Part shown: positions 9,168-18,140 of the stretch, piece by piece | Position numbering within the stretch: position 1 is the stretch's first letter | Layout of the letters: the number at the start of each line of letters is the position of its first letter | Source: an uncultured Candidatus Kuenenia sp. | GTDB lineage: Bacteria; Planctomycetota; UBA11346 | DNA length: 64,000 nt | Assembly: GCA_964654285.1 (NCBI GenBank) | Contig: CAZZJC010000021.1 | Location: forward strand, 5,249 to 69,248 | Direction: 5' to 3' | Notes under the pieces: model-generated | Told to the model about the DNA's origin: nothing | Database searches by the model: none | The model's input: the letters and a program-made list of their open reading frames with translations, nothing else | Made by a program: the position numbers and the translations under genes

Positions 9168-10577
9168 CTAGGCGTCGTAGTAGAGGTAGAACTCGTAGGG
9201 ATTCGGGCGCAGCTTCATCGGCTCGACCTCGTTCTCGCGCTTGTAGGCGACGTAGGTGTCGATGAAGTCCTCGGTGAAGACGTCGCCGGCGGTGAGCCAC
9301 GACTTGTCGGCGAGCATCTCATCGATGGCCTGGCCGAGGCTGTCGCAGGTGCCGGGGATGGTGGCCAGCTCCTCGGGCGGCAGGTCGTAGATGTTCTTGT
9401 CCATCGGCTTGCCCGGATCGATCTGGTTCTTGATGCCGTCGATCATGGCCATGGTGATGGCAGCGGTGACCAGGTAGGGGCTGCCGCTGGCGTCGGGGCA
9501 GCGGAACTCGAAGCGGCGGGCCTTGTCGCTGCCGACGTGCGGGATGCGCACCGACGCCGAGCGGTTGCTGGCCGAGTAGGCCAGGTTCACCGGAGCCTCG
9601 TAGTGGGGGACCAGGCGGCGGTAGCTGTTCACCGAGGGGTTGGTGAAGGCCTGGATCGAGCGGCCGTGCTTGAGGATGCCGCCGATGGCCCAGATCGCCT
9701 GCTGGCTGAGCTTGGCGTAGGCGTTGCCGGCGAAGAGGTTCTTGCCGTCCTTCCAGATCGAGGTGTGGCAGTGCATGCCGCTGCCGTTGTCGCCGAACAT
9801 CGGCTTCGGCATGAAGGTCGCCGTCTTGCCGTGCTGGTAGCAGGTGTTCTTGACCGCGTACTTGTAGAGGTGGACCAGGTCGCCCGCGGTGATCGCGGTG
9901 CCGAACTTGATGCCGATCTCGCACTGGCCGGGGCTCGCCACCTCGTGGTGGTGGAGATCCACTTCCATGCCCATGGTCTGCATGTTGGTGGTGATCTCGC
10001 TGCGCAGGTCCATCAGGGTGTCCTGCGGGGTCGCCGGGTAGTAGCCCTGCTTGTGGCGGATCTTGTGGCCGAGGTTGACGCCGTCATCGACGCCCATGTT
10101 CCACGGGGCCTCGACCGAATCGAGGTGGTAGAACGAGCCCTGCGGCGCGCTCTGGTAGCGGATCGAATCGAAGATGAAGAATTCGGGCTCGGGGCCGAAG
10201 TAGATGGTGTCGCCGATGCCAGTGGACTTGAGGTAGTCCTGGGCCTTGCGGGCGATGGAACGGGCGTCGCGCGAGTAGCGCTGGCCGGTGCGCGGATCGA
10301 AGATGTCGCCGAAGAAGCAGATCGTGGGCTGCTCGCGGAACGGGTCGATGAAGACCGACGCCGGATCCGGCTTGATCAGCATGTCCGACTTCTCGATGCC
10401 CTGCCAGCCGCGGATCGAGCTGCCGTCGAACGGCAGGCCGTCCTCGAAGATCGACGCCTCGAGCCGGCGCGCGACGATCGTGAAGTGCTGGAGGGTGCCG
10501 AAGATGTCGCCGAACATGATGTCGACGTACTTGGCGCCGTGGTCTTTGGCGAGCTGGAGGGCTTTCGCAACGCTCAT
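9168..10577 (-). CDS. glnA: Glutamine synthetase type I
   Basis: MSVAKALQLAKDHGAKYVDIMFGDIFG... continues to ...KPMFGDNGSGMHCHTSIWKDGKNLFAG...NPSVNSYRRLVPHYEAPVNLAYSASNRSASVRIP, which are canonical GS-I motifs. A GGGAGAA RBS precedes the ATG at 10577. The ORF-track start at 10751 is an upstream extension. Confidence 0.95.
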   Translation of the reverse strand: MSVAKALQLAKDHGAKYVDIMFGDIFGTLQHFTIVARRLEASIFEDGLPFDGSSIRGWQGIEKSDMLIKPDPASVFIDPFREQPTICFFGDIFDPRTGQRYSRDARSIARKAQDYLKSTGIGDTIYFGPEPEFFIFDSIRYQSAPQGSFYHLDSVEAPWNMGVDDGVNLGHKIRHKQGYYPATPQDTLMDLRSEITTNMQTMGMEVDLHHHEVASPGQCEIGIKFGTAITAGDLVHLYKYAVKNTCYQHGKTATFMPKPMFGDNGSGMHCHTSIWKDGKNLFAGNAYAKLSQQAIWAIGGILKHGRSIQAFTNPSVNSYRRLVPHYEAPVNLAYSASNRSASVRIPHVGSDKARRFEFRCPDASGSPYLVTAAITMAMIDGIKNQIDPGKPMDKNIYDLPPEELATIPGTCDSLGQAIDEMLADKSWLTAGDVFTEDFIDTYVAYKRENEVEPMKLRPNPYEFYLYYDA

Positions 10578-10906
10578 GGGTTCTCCCGGGGGGGTAGGCA
10601 GCGAGCGCTGCCATGGAGGTGGGGTGGGCAAGCTAGACGGCCTTCGCAGGGTGGCAACCCTCAGGAAGGGTGGGAAGTGTTGCGCAGATATACAATATCT
10701 GATGACCTCGGCTGCCGACCTGGCCTGGATGGCAAAACCAGCGCAGGTCAATCGATGGCGGGCTCAATCGCTGGTTAATGCGGAAAAAGAATGGTTCACC
10801 CAGGCGGGCGGAGCAGACCACCAAAACAACATCAGGAGCCTCCTGCCCTGATTTGCGAGTCCACCATTCGCGGGTTACCCTCCCAGACCCAACCCACGGA
10901 GCCAAC

Positions 10907-11875
10907 ATGCGCCAATTCCATCCAGCGACCGCAGCTCTTGTCGTCCTCCTTGCCGGCTGGTCCGGTATCTCTGCCGGCGAGGCGGCGGGGGCGGCAGCAG
11001 GCAAAAAAGTCCTGTACCTCAACGCCTATCACCAAGGCTACGCCTGGAGCGATGAGATCCAGAAGGCCATCGAAACCAGGCTGGGTTCGGCCGGGGCCGA
11101 GCTGAAAACCATCCTGATGGACACCAAGAACGCTCCCGCCGGGGGCGCCGCCAAGGCGGAAGAAGCCAAGGGCCTGATCGAAACCTGGAAACCCAATGTG
11201 GTCATCGTCTCGGACGACAACCCGATGAAGCTGGTGGTCAAACCCTACCTGAAGGACGCCGCCACGCCGGTGGTATTCTGCGGCGTCAACTGGGACGGCA
11301 GCGCCTACGGCCTGCCCTACCGCAACACCGCCGGCATGTACGAGGTCGCCCTGGTGCAGCAGCTCGTCGCCACCCTGCGCAAGCACGCCAAGGGCGATCG
11401 CGTCGGGCTCTTGGCGGGCGACAACGAAAGCTCGCGCGCCGACGGAGCCGGCTTCAAGAAGCATTGCGGGGTCGCCGACCTGCAGGAGCTCTACGTGCCC
11501 GATCTGGCCGGATGGAAGGCGGGCTACATCGACCTGCAGACCAAGGTCGACATCCTGCTGGTCCGCAACGACGGGATCAAAGGCTGGCAAAAGGACGAAA
11601 TGGCCACGTTCTGCGAAGAAAACGCGCGCATCCCGACCGGTGCGATCCAGGAGGAGATCCGCTTCTTCGCCTTCGCCACCTACGCCAAGATCGCGGCCGA
11701 ACAGGGCGAATGGGCGGCCGACGCCACGCTCCAGATCCTCGGCGGCAAGAAGCCGTCAGAAGTCGGCGAAACCGCCAACAAGAAGGCCAAGATCATCCTC
11801 AACATGAGGATCGCCAAGCGCCTGGGCGTGATGCCCGATATCGCCCTGGTGAAGCAGGCCGAACTGGTGAAATGA
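10907..11875 (+). CDS. Periplasmic substrate-binding protein (ABC-type/COG2984-like sensor-associated SBP)
   Basis: [28 protein letters not shown] is a signal peptide. The body resembles an ABC substrate-binding fold ([24 protein letters not shown]...). It lies immediately upstream of a chemoreceptor gene. Confidence 0.6.
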   Translation: MRQFHPATAALVVLLAGWSGISAGEAAGAAAGKKVLYLNAYHQGYAWSDEIQKAIETRLGSAGAELKTILMDTKNAPAGGAAKAEEAKGLIETWKPNVVIVSDDNPMKLVVKPYLKDAATPVVFCGVNWDGSAYGLPYRNTAGMYEVALVQQLVATLRKHAKGDRVGLLAGDNESSRADGAGFKKHCGVADLQELYVPDLAGWKAGYIDLQTKVDILLVRNDGIKGWQKDEMATFCEENARIPTGAIQEEIRFFAFATYAKIAAEQGEWAADATLQILGGKKPSEVGETANKKAKIILNMRIAKRLGVMPDIALVKQAELVK

Positions 11876-11906
11876 ATGGCTCGATCGTTCCCCCCGGAGA
11901 GTCACC

Positions 11907-13385
11907 ATGCGTCTGTCACTGAACGCCAAGATCCTCCTGCCGCTGGTGCTGGGGGCGCTGCTGCTCGGGCTCTCCGCCGGGGTGGTCAGCTATTTCGGCC
12001 TCAAACACGTCACGGATGAACGCTACGAGAGCGATTTCGCCAACCGCATCGCGACCATCCGCTCCTTCCTGGCGGCGCAGCAGAAGGAACTCGACGCCAC
12101 CGGCATGGCCGAGGCCTATGACGAACAATTTCGCAAAAACGCGCTCGCCGCCCTGCGGGCCCAGTACTACAAGGAAGGAATGGCGAGCAGTTCCTACCCG
12201 TTCATCCGTGACGCCAAGGGAGCTGTGGTGCTGCATCCGGTCATGAAGGCGGGCGACACCACGGGGTCCGACGCTGACTATGTCCGCTTCATGCTGACGA
12301 CCAAAACGGGCAGCCAAATCTACTCCTTCAAGGGCGAGCCGAAGTGGATGATCTTCGACACCGATCCGCGCTGGGGTTGGACGCTCGGGTTTGGCGTGTC
12401 ATTGCAGGAGAAATACGGCGATCTCCGCAGCGTCCTGATCCAGCTCGGGGTTGTCCTGGGGGCTCTGCTTCTGATCGTCCTGGCCGTCACGGTGTGGGCG
12501 GTCACCCGTTCCGTCACCCGGCCGCTGGGGGCCATCGCCACCCACCTGCGCCAGGGTGATGGCGCTGCACTGCCGCCGGCGCTGCTCGCACGCCGCGATG
12601 AGCTCGGCCTGCTCGCCCAGGCTCTTGAACGCAGCCAGACGGCGACGCGGCAGGCGCAGGAGGAGCAGCGCGCCCACGCCGCCCGCGCCGAGGAGACCAT
12701 CCGTCGCCGCCTCGACGAGGTCCTGGGCGGAGTCGCCGGGCACAGCGACACGCTGAAGGGCACCAGCGGCACCGTGGCCAGCGCGGCCACCGAGGTGTCG
12801 AGCAGCGTCAACACGGTCGCGGCCAGCACCGAGGAGCTCGCCGCGAGCGTGAAGGAGATCGCGCGCAACACCTCCGAGGCCGCCCGCATCGCCGGCGAGG
12901 CCGCCACCATGGCCGGCAAGATGGACACCGTCATGGCCCGCCTGGCCAGTTCGAACCAGAAGATCGGGGCGGTGGTGCAGACCATCCAGGGCATCGCCGG
13001 GCAGACCAACCTGCTCGCCCTGAACGCCACCATCGAGGCCGCCCGCGCCGGCGAGGCCGGCCGCGGCTTCGCCGTCGTCGCCAGCGAGGTGAAGGAACTG
13101 GCGCGCCAGACCGCCACCGCCACCGGCGACATCGCCGGCAAGATCGCCGCCGTCCAGGGCGACGCCGCCGCGGTGGCCGAGGCGATCAAGCAGATCACCG
13201 CGACGATCACCAGCATCAACCAGATCCAGCAGACCGTCGCCAGCGCCGTCGAAGAACAGAGCGCCACCACCGACGAGATGTCCCGCAACGTCGGCGAAGC
13301 CGCGCGCGGCACCGCCGGGATCGCGCAACAGGTCAACGAACTCGCGCAACTGGCGGCGAAATTGCAGGAATTGGTGCGCCGCTGA
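11907..13385 (+). CDS. Methyl-accepting chemotaxis protein (sensor domain + TM + MCP signalling domain)
   Basis: N-terminal TM and periplasmic sensor region, then a second TM, then an MCP signalling domain ...[108 protein letters not shown] is present. Confidence 0.85.
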   Translation: MRLSLNAKILLPLVLGALLLGLSAGVVSYFGLKHVTDERYESDFANRIATIRSFLAAQQKELDATGMAEAYDEQFRKNALAALRAQYYKEGMASSSYPFIRDAKGAVVLHPVMKAGDTTGSDADYVRFMLTTKTGSQIYSFKGEPKWMIFDTDPRWGWTLGFGVSLQEKYGDLRSVLIQLGVVLGALLLIVLAVTVWAVTRSVTRPLGAIATHLRQGDGAALPPALLARRDELGLLAQALERSQTATRQAQEEQRAHAARAEETIRRRLDEVLGGVAGHSDTLKGTSGTVASAATEVSSSVNTVAASTEELAASVKEIARNTSEAARIAGEAATMAGKMDTVMARLASSNQKIGAVVQTIQGIAGQTNLLALNATIEAARAGEAGRGFAVVASEVKELARQTATATGDIAGKIAAVQGDAAAVAEAIKQITATITSINQIQQTVASAVEEQSATTDEMSRNVGEAARGTAGIAQQVNELAQLAAKLQELVRR

Positions 13386-13734
13386 TCATCCGGTGGGAAC
13401 GGATTCCGGATGACGGACGGGAATCCTCATTTCGGCCCGCCGGGACGGGCACAGGATACGTCGCCTTGGGATCACCGACCGAATGGGGACAGGAATGCAG
13501 AGGGCCAGGGAGATCCCCTGGCTCTTTGCGTTTGCCTGGCGGATACGCCCTGCGGTAGCCGGATACGACGACACCCGGCCGCAAGGCCGGGTGTCGTCGT
13601 CTGTCATCAGTCAACAGAAGCCATGAGGAAAACGTCCAGAGCACCTCAGCTGCAAGGCGGGAGGTGGGATTTGGGCAGCGCCAGCACACCCGCGACCACC
13701 GCCGCAGATGCGGTGCTATGGACGTCTTCCGGGA

Positions 13735-14868
<1,134 letters not shown>

Positions 14869-14958
14869 CTATGCGCTCAGGGACGCGCGCAAGCCGACCA
14901 CGACCAGGCATCGTGCCAGGTATGTCCGCAACGGAGGTGATGCATGCTCCACATGCAA

Positions 14959-14983
14959 GAACCCCGGCAATCAGCCGGGGTTC
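14959..14983 (-). terminator. Hairpin (10-bp perfect stem) downstream of small basic protein gene; candidate intrinsic terminator
   Basis: gaaccccggc-aatca-gccggggttc. On the minus strand it is followed by TTCTTGCATG. It lies 50 bp after the stop of the 15034..15192 gene. Confidence 0.4.
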
Positions 14984-15033
14984 CTGGCGCAAACCTGGGA
15001 TGAGAAGAAGCGGCAGGCCACCCGGCCCGCGCG

Positions 15034-15192
15034 GCTCAGGTCATCTTGATGTTGCGGACCTTGGGCAGGTTGAAGATCGAGCCCTTCTCAGCCGACCAGC
15101 GGCCTTCGGACTTGAGGCGCTCGATGCGCTCGGCCCGGGACAGGACGTTGCGGTGCTTCGAGAAACCGCCCTTGCTGGCGAACGTACCGTGC
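15034..15192 (-). CDS. Small basic protein (52 aa; Sbp-like, PVC-type)
   Basis: Reverse translation gives MSMHGTFASKGGFSKHRNVLSRAERIERLKSEGRWSAEKGSIFNLPKVRNIKMT. A perfect GGAGGTGA Shine-Dalgarno sits 5 nt upstream of the ATG. The gene is missing from the ORF track, presumably because of its length. Confidence 0.65.
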
Positions 15193-15249
15193 ATGCTCAT
15201 GGATCACCTCCGGCGTGGGGGCGCGGAACATAGCAGGATCGGCCGGGGA

Positions 15250-16116
15250 TCAAGTCCCGGCTGCCACCTGGGTCGTCGGCCTGGAACCGGGACCGCCGCC
15301 GACGACGGGCGGACGGTGGGCCTCCTGCACCCGCCCCTTCACCGACTGTTCGAGATGGCGTTCCATCCAGCGCACCAGGCGCAGCACCGGGGTGTCGGCG
15401 GAGTCGGCCAGGCTGTCGCGCAGCTCTTCCAGCGCCTCGGCGCGCGGGCGGCTGCGGTCGTGGAAGAGGATGCGGTAGGCATCGCGCATGGCCGAGATCT
15501 GGTCTTCCGGGATGCCGGCGCGGCGCATGCCGATCTGGTTCACGTTGCGCGGCTCGGCCGGATTGCCCTCGGCGATCATGTAGGGCGGGATGTCGAACTT
15601 GATGCCGCACATCGCGCCGACGTAGGCGAGCTCGCCCACCGAGACGAAGTGGTGCACCCCGGTCATCGGCCCGACGACCGAGCGGTCGGCGAGGTTCACG
15701 TGCCCGGCCAGGTTCGCCGCGTTGCCGACGATCACCCGGTTGCCCAGGATGCAGTCGTGGGCGACGTGGCAGTAGGCCATGAGCAGGCAGTCGTCGCCGA
15801 CCACGGTCTTCATGCCGCCGCCCTCGGTGCCCTTGTTGACGGTCACGCATTCGTGCACGCGGCAGTTGCGGCCGATGATGACCTCGCTGTCCTCGTTCTT
15901 GAACTTGAGATCCTGGGGATCGCCGCCGACCACCGCGCCGGGGAAGACCTTGGTGCCGTCGCCGATGGTGGTGCGCCCGATCACCGTCACGTGGCTGACC
16001 AGCTCGACGCCGGCCCCCAGCACGACCCTGCCGCGCACCAGGCAGAAGGGTCCGACGGTGGCCTGGGGATGGATCTCGGCGGCGGGATCGACCACGGCGA
16101 GGGCATGGACGGGCAT
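15250..16116 (-). CDS. lpxA: Acyl-ACP--UDP-N-acetylglucosamine O-acyltransferase
   Basis: Left-handed beta-helix hexapeptide repeats. MPVHALAVVDPAAEIHPQATVGPFCLVRG...GNRVIVGNAANLAGHVNLADRSVVG...IGMRRAG is typical LpxA. There is a ~25-aa C-terminal extension relative to typical LpxA. Confidence 0.85.
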   Translation of the reverse strand: MPVHALAVVDPAAEIHPQATVGPFCLVRGRVVLGAGVELVSHVTVIGRTTIGDGTKVFPGAVVGGDPQDLKFKNEDSEVIIGRNCRVHECVTVNKGTEGGGMKTVVGDDCLLMAYCHVAHDCILGNRVIVGNAANLAGHVNLADRSVVGPMTGVHHFVSVGELAYVGAMCGIKFDIPPYMIAEGNPAEPRNVNQIGMRRAGIPEDQISAMRDAYRILFHDRSRPRAEALEELRDSLADSADTPVLRLVRWMERHLEQSVKGRVQEAHRPPVVGGGPGSRPTTQVAAGT

Positions 16117-16198
16117 GGGGCGGCTCCGGCTTCCCGCCTGGGCGGGATGGTTGGGTCAGGAAGGAAGCCGCACCGCTTAGTCGTTGGCGGGGGCGCGG

Positions 16199-16777
16199 TC
16201 AAGACGTAACGGGCGAAATCGCGGGATTTTCCGGGGCGCGCACCAGCAAGGCGACCCAGCTCCGGCCGTAGGCCCGGCGATCGCGCTCGACCAGCTCCGG
16301 ATGCTCCGGCAGATCCGCGCCGGCTTCGCCCCGGATGACCACGCTGCCGTCCGGCGCGAGCGCCGCCGCCGCGAGGCGCAGCAGCTCTGCGATCAGCGCC
16401 GGCTCCTCGGCGAACCACGGGAACGGCGGATCGGCGAATACCAGATCGAGTCCGGAGAGGCCCGGCAGTGCGGCCTGGAAGGGCCGGGGATGCAGGCGGA
16501 TCACCGGCGGTTCGCCGAGACGGCGCAGATTGGCGCGGATCACCGGGATGGCGTGGCGGCCGGGCTCGATGAGGTGGACGGCCGTCGCGCCCCGGCTGGC
16601 GGCCTCGATGCCGAAGCCACCGGATCCGGCGCAGATGTCGGCGACGGTCAGTCCGCTGAGATCCTGCCCGAGCCAGTCGAAGAGCGACTGCTTGATCCGG
16701 TCCGGCAGCGGCCGGGTCGCCAGGCCGTCGGGCGCATCCAGGGCGCGGCCCTTCCACTTCCCGGCGATCACCCTCAC
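16199..16777 (-). CDS. rsmD: 16S rRNA (guanine966-N2)-methyltransferase RsmD
   Basis: (V)RVIAGKWKGRALDAP...DICAGSGGFGIEAASRGA...LVFADPPF are RsmD motifs. The GTG start overlaps the aroA stop (GTGA). The ORF-track call 16199..17920 is an over-extended frame. Confidence 0.8.
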   Translation of the reverse strand: MRVIAGKWKGRALDAPDGLATRPLPDRIKQSLFDWLGQDLSGLTVADICAGSGGFGIEAASRGATAVHLIEPGRHAIPVIRANLRRLGEPPVIRLHPRPFQAALPGLSGLDLVFADPPFPWFAEEPALIAELLRLAAAALAPDGSVVIRGEAGADLPEHPELVERDRRAYGRSWVALLVRAPENPAISPVTS

Positions 16778-18108
16778 GCCGGAACCGTCGCCGCGACCGT
16801 CGCGAGATCGCGCCAGAATCCGGGATACGTCTTGGCGGTGCAGGCGGGATCCGCGATGGTCACCTTTCCGGTGAGCGCGCCGAGCACGCCGAAGCTCATC
16901 GCCATGCGGTGGTCGGCGTAGCATTCCACCGTGGCGGGGATGATCGGCCGGGGCGAGATGCGCAGCCAGTCGTCGCCGTGCTCGACCTGCTGCCCCAGTC
17001 GGCGCAGCTCGGCCACCGTCGCGGCGAGGCGGTCGGTCTCCTTGATGCGGATGTTGGCGATGTTGCGGATCACGGTGTCGCCGCGGCACAGCGGCGCGAT
17101 CGCGGCAAGGGTCATCACCGTGTCGCTGATGTGGTGCAGATCGGCATCGATTCCGGCCAGACCGCCCGCCGGCGCCGCGACGCTCGTGCCGCCGGCATCG
17201 CTGGTCACGCTCGCGCCCATGCGGCGCAGCAGCTCGACGAAGGCGTAGTCGCCCTGGAGCGACGTGGCGTCGAGTCCAGGGACGGTGATGCGGCCGCCGC
17301 CGGCCGCCGCGAGCGCGAACGGATAGCTGGCCGAGCTCGCGTCCGGCTCGATCGCGTAGCCGCGGGCGCGGTAGGCGCGGATCGGCGTGGTGCGGAAGCC
17401 GGTCGAGACCCCGGCCTGATAGGCCGCGCCGGAACCGCCGAGCACGTCGATGCGGCCGCCGAAGTCCGCGACCAGGCGCCGGGTCATCTCGATGTAGGGC
17501 AGGCTGACCAGCTCGCCCTCGACGCTGATCTCCAAGGCCGCATCGGCAAAGCCGCTGACGAGCAGCAGGGCGGTGAAATACTGGCTCGAACGGTCGCCAC
17601 GCATGCGGATGCGGCCGCCGGGGATGCGGCCGCCGTGGACGGTCAGCGGCGGGCAGCCGGTCGCGCAGTCGACCGTGACGCCGAGCTGGCGCAGGCCGTC
17701 GACGAGATCCGCGATCGGCCGCTTCGCCATGTGCTGGTCGCCGACGAAGGTCGTCCTGCCGGGGATGAGCGCGGCGAGCGCGGCGCAGAACCGCACCGTG
17801 GTGCCGCTGTTGCCGACGAAGCACGGCGCAGACGGGACGCGCAGGCGGTCGCGGCCGCCGCGCACGATGAGCTCGTCCGCACCGCCATCGCGGATCGCCA
17901 CCCCCATCGCGCCCAGGCAATCGCGCATGCGCTGGGTGTCGTCGGAGGCCAGCACGTTGCGCAGGACGGTCTCATCCCCCTCGGCGAGCGCGGCGCAGAC
18001 CAGGGCGCGGTTGGTGATGCTCTTCGATCCGGGCACGGCCCAGGTCGTGTCGACGCGGCCGCGCAGGTGGGGGACGAGGAACGGGCCGGACGCTTGCATG
18101 GCGGCCAC
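16774..18108 (-). CDS. aroA: 3-phosphoshikimate 1-carboxyvinyltransferase (EPSP synthase)
   Basis: ...VPGSKSITNRALVCAALAEG...GNSGTTVRFCAA...DHRMAMSFGVLGAL are EPSPS signature regions. Confidence 0.9.
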   Translation of the reverse strand: MAAMQASGPFLVPHLRGRVDTTWAVPGSKSITNRALVCAALAEGDETVLRNVLASDDTQRMRDCLGAMGVAIRDGGADELIVRGGRDRLRVPSAPCFVGNSGTTVRFCAALAALIPGRTTFVGDQHMAKRPIADLVDGLRQLGVTVDCATGCPPLTVHGGRIPGGRIRMRGDRSSQYFTALLLVSGFADAALEISVEGELVSLPYIEMTRRLVADFGGRIDVLGGSGAAYQAGVSTGFRTTPIRAYRARGYAIEPDASSASYPFALAAAGGGRITVPGLDATSLQGDYAFVELLRRMGASVTSDAGGTSVAAPAGGLAGIDADLHHISDTVMTLAAIAPLCRGDTVIRNIANIRIKETDRLAATVAELRRLGQQVEHGDDWLRISPRPIIPATVECYADHRMAMSFGVLGALTGKVTIADPACTAKTYPGFWRDLATVAATVPA

Positions 18109-18140
18109 GATCGCAACAGGTCCGGGGCTGGCAATCGGAC

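Noticed and set aside
8502-10778. 758-aa plus-strand ORF
   Set aside because: It is antisense to glnA, which has unmistakable GS-I motifs on the minus strand. Its translation is low-complexity.
14880-14930. Possible sigma-54 promoter (cctggcacgatgcctggtcg) upstream of gap
   Set aside because: The -24 TGGCAC element is present, but the -12 element is CTGGT rather than TTGC(A/T). That is insufficient for a call.
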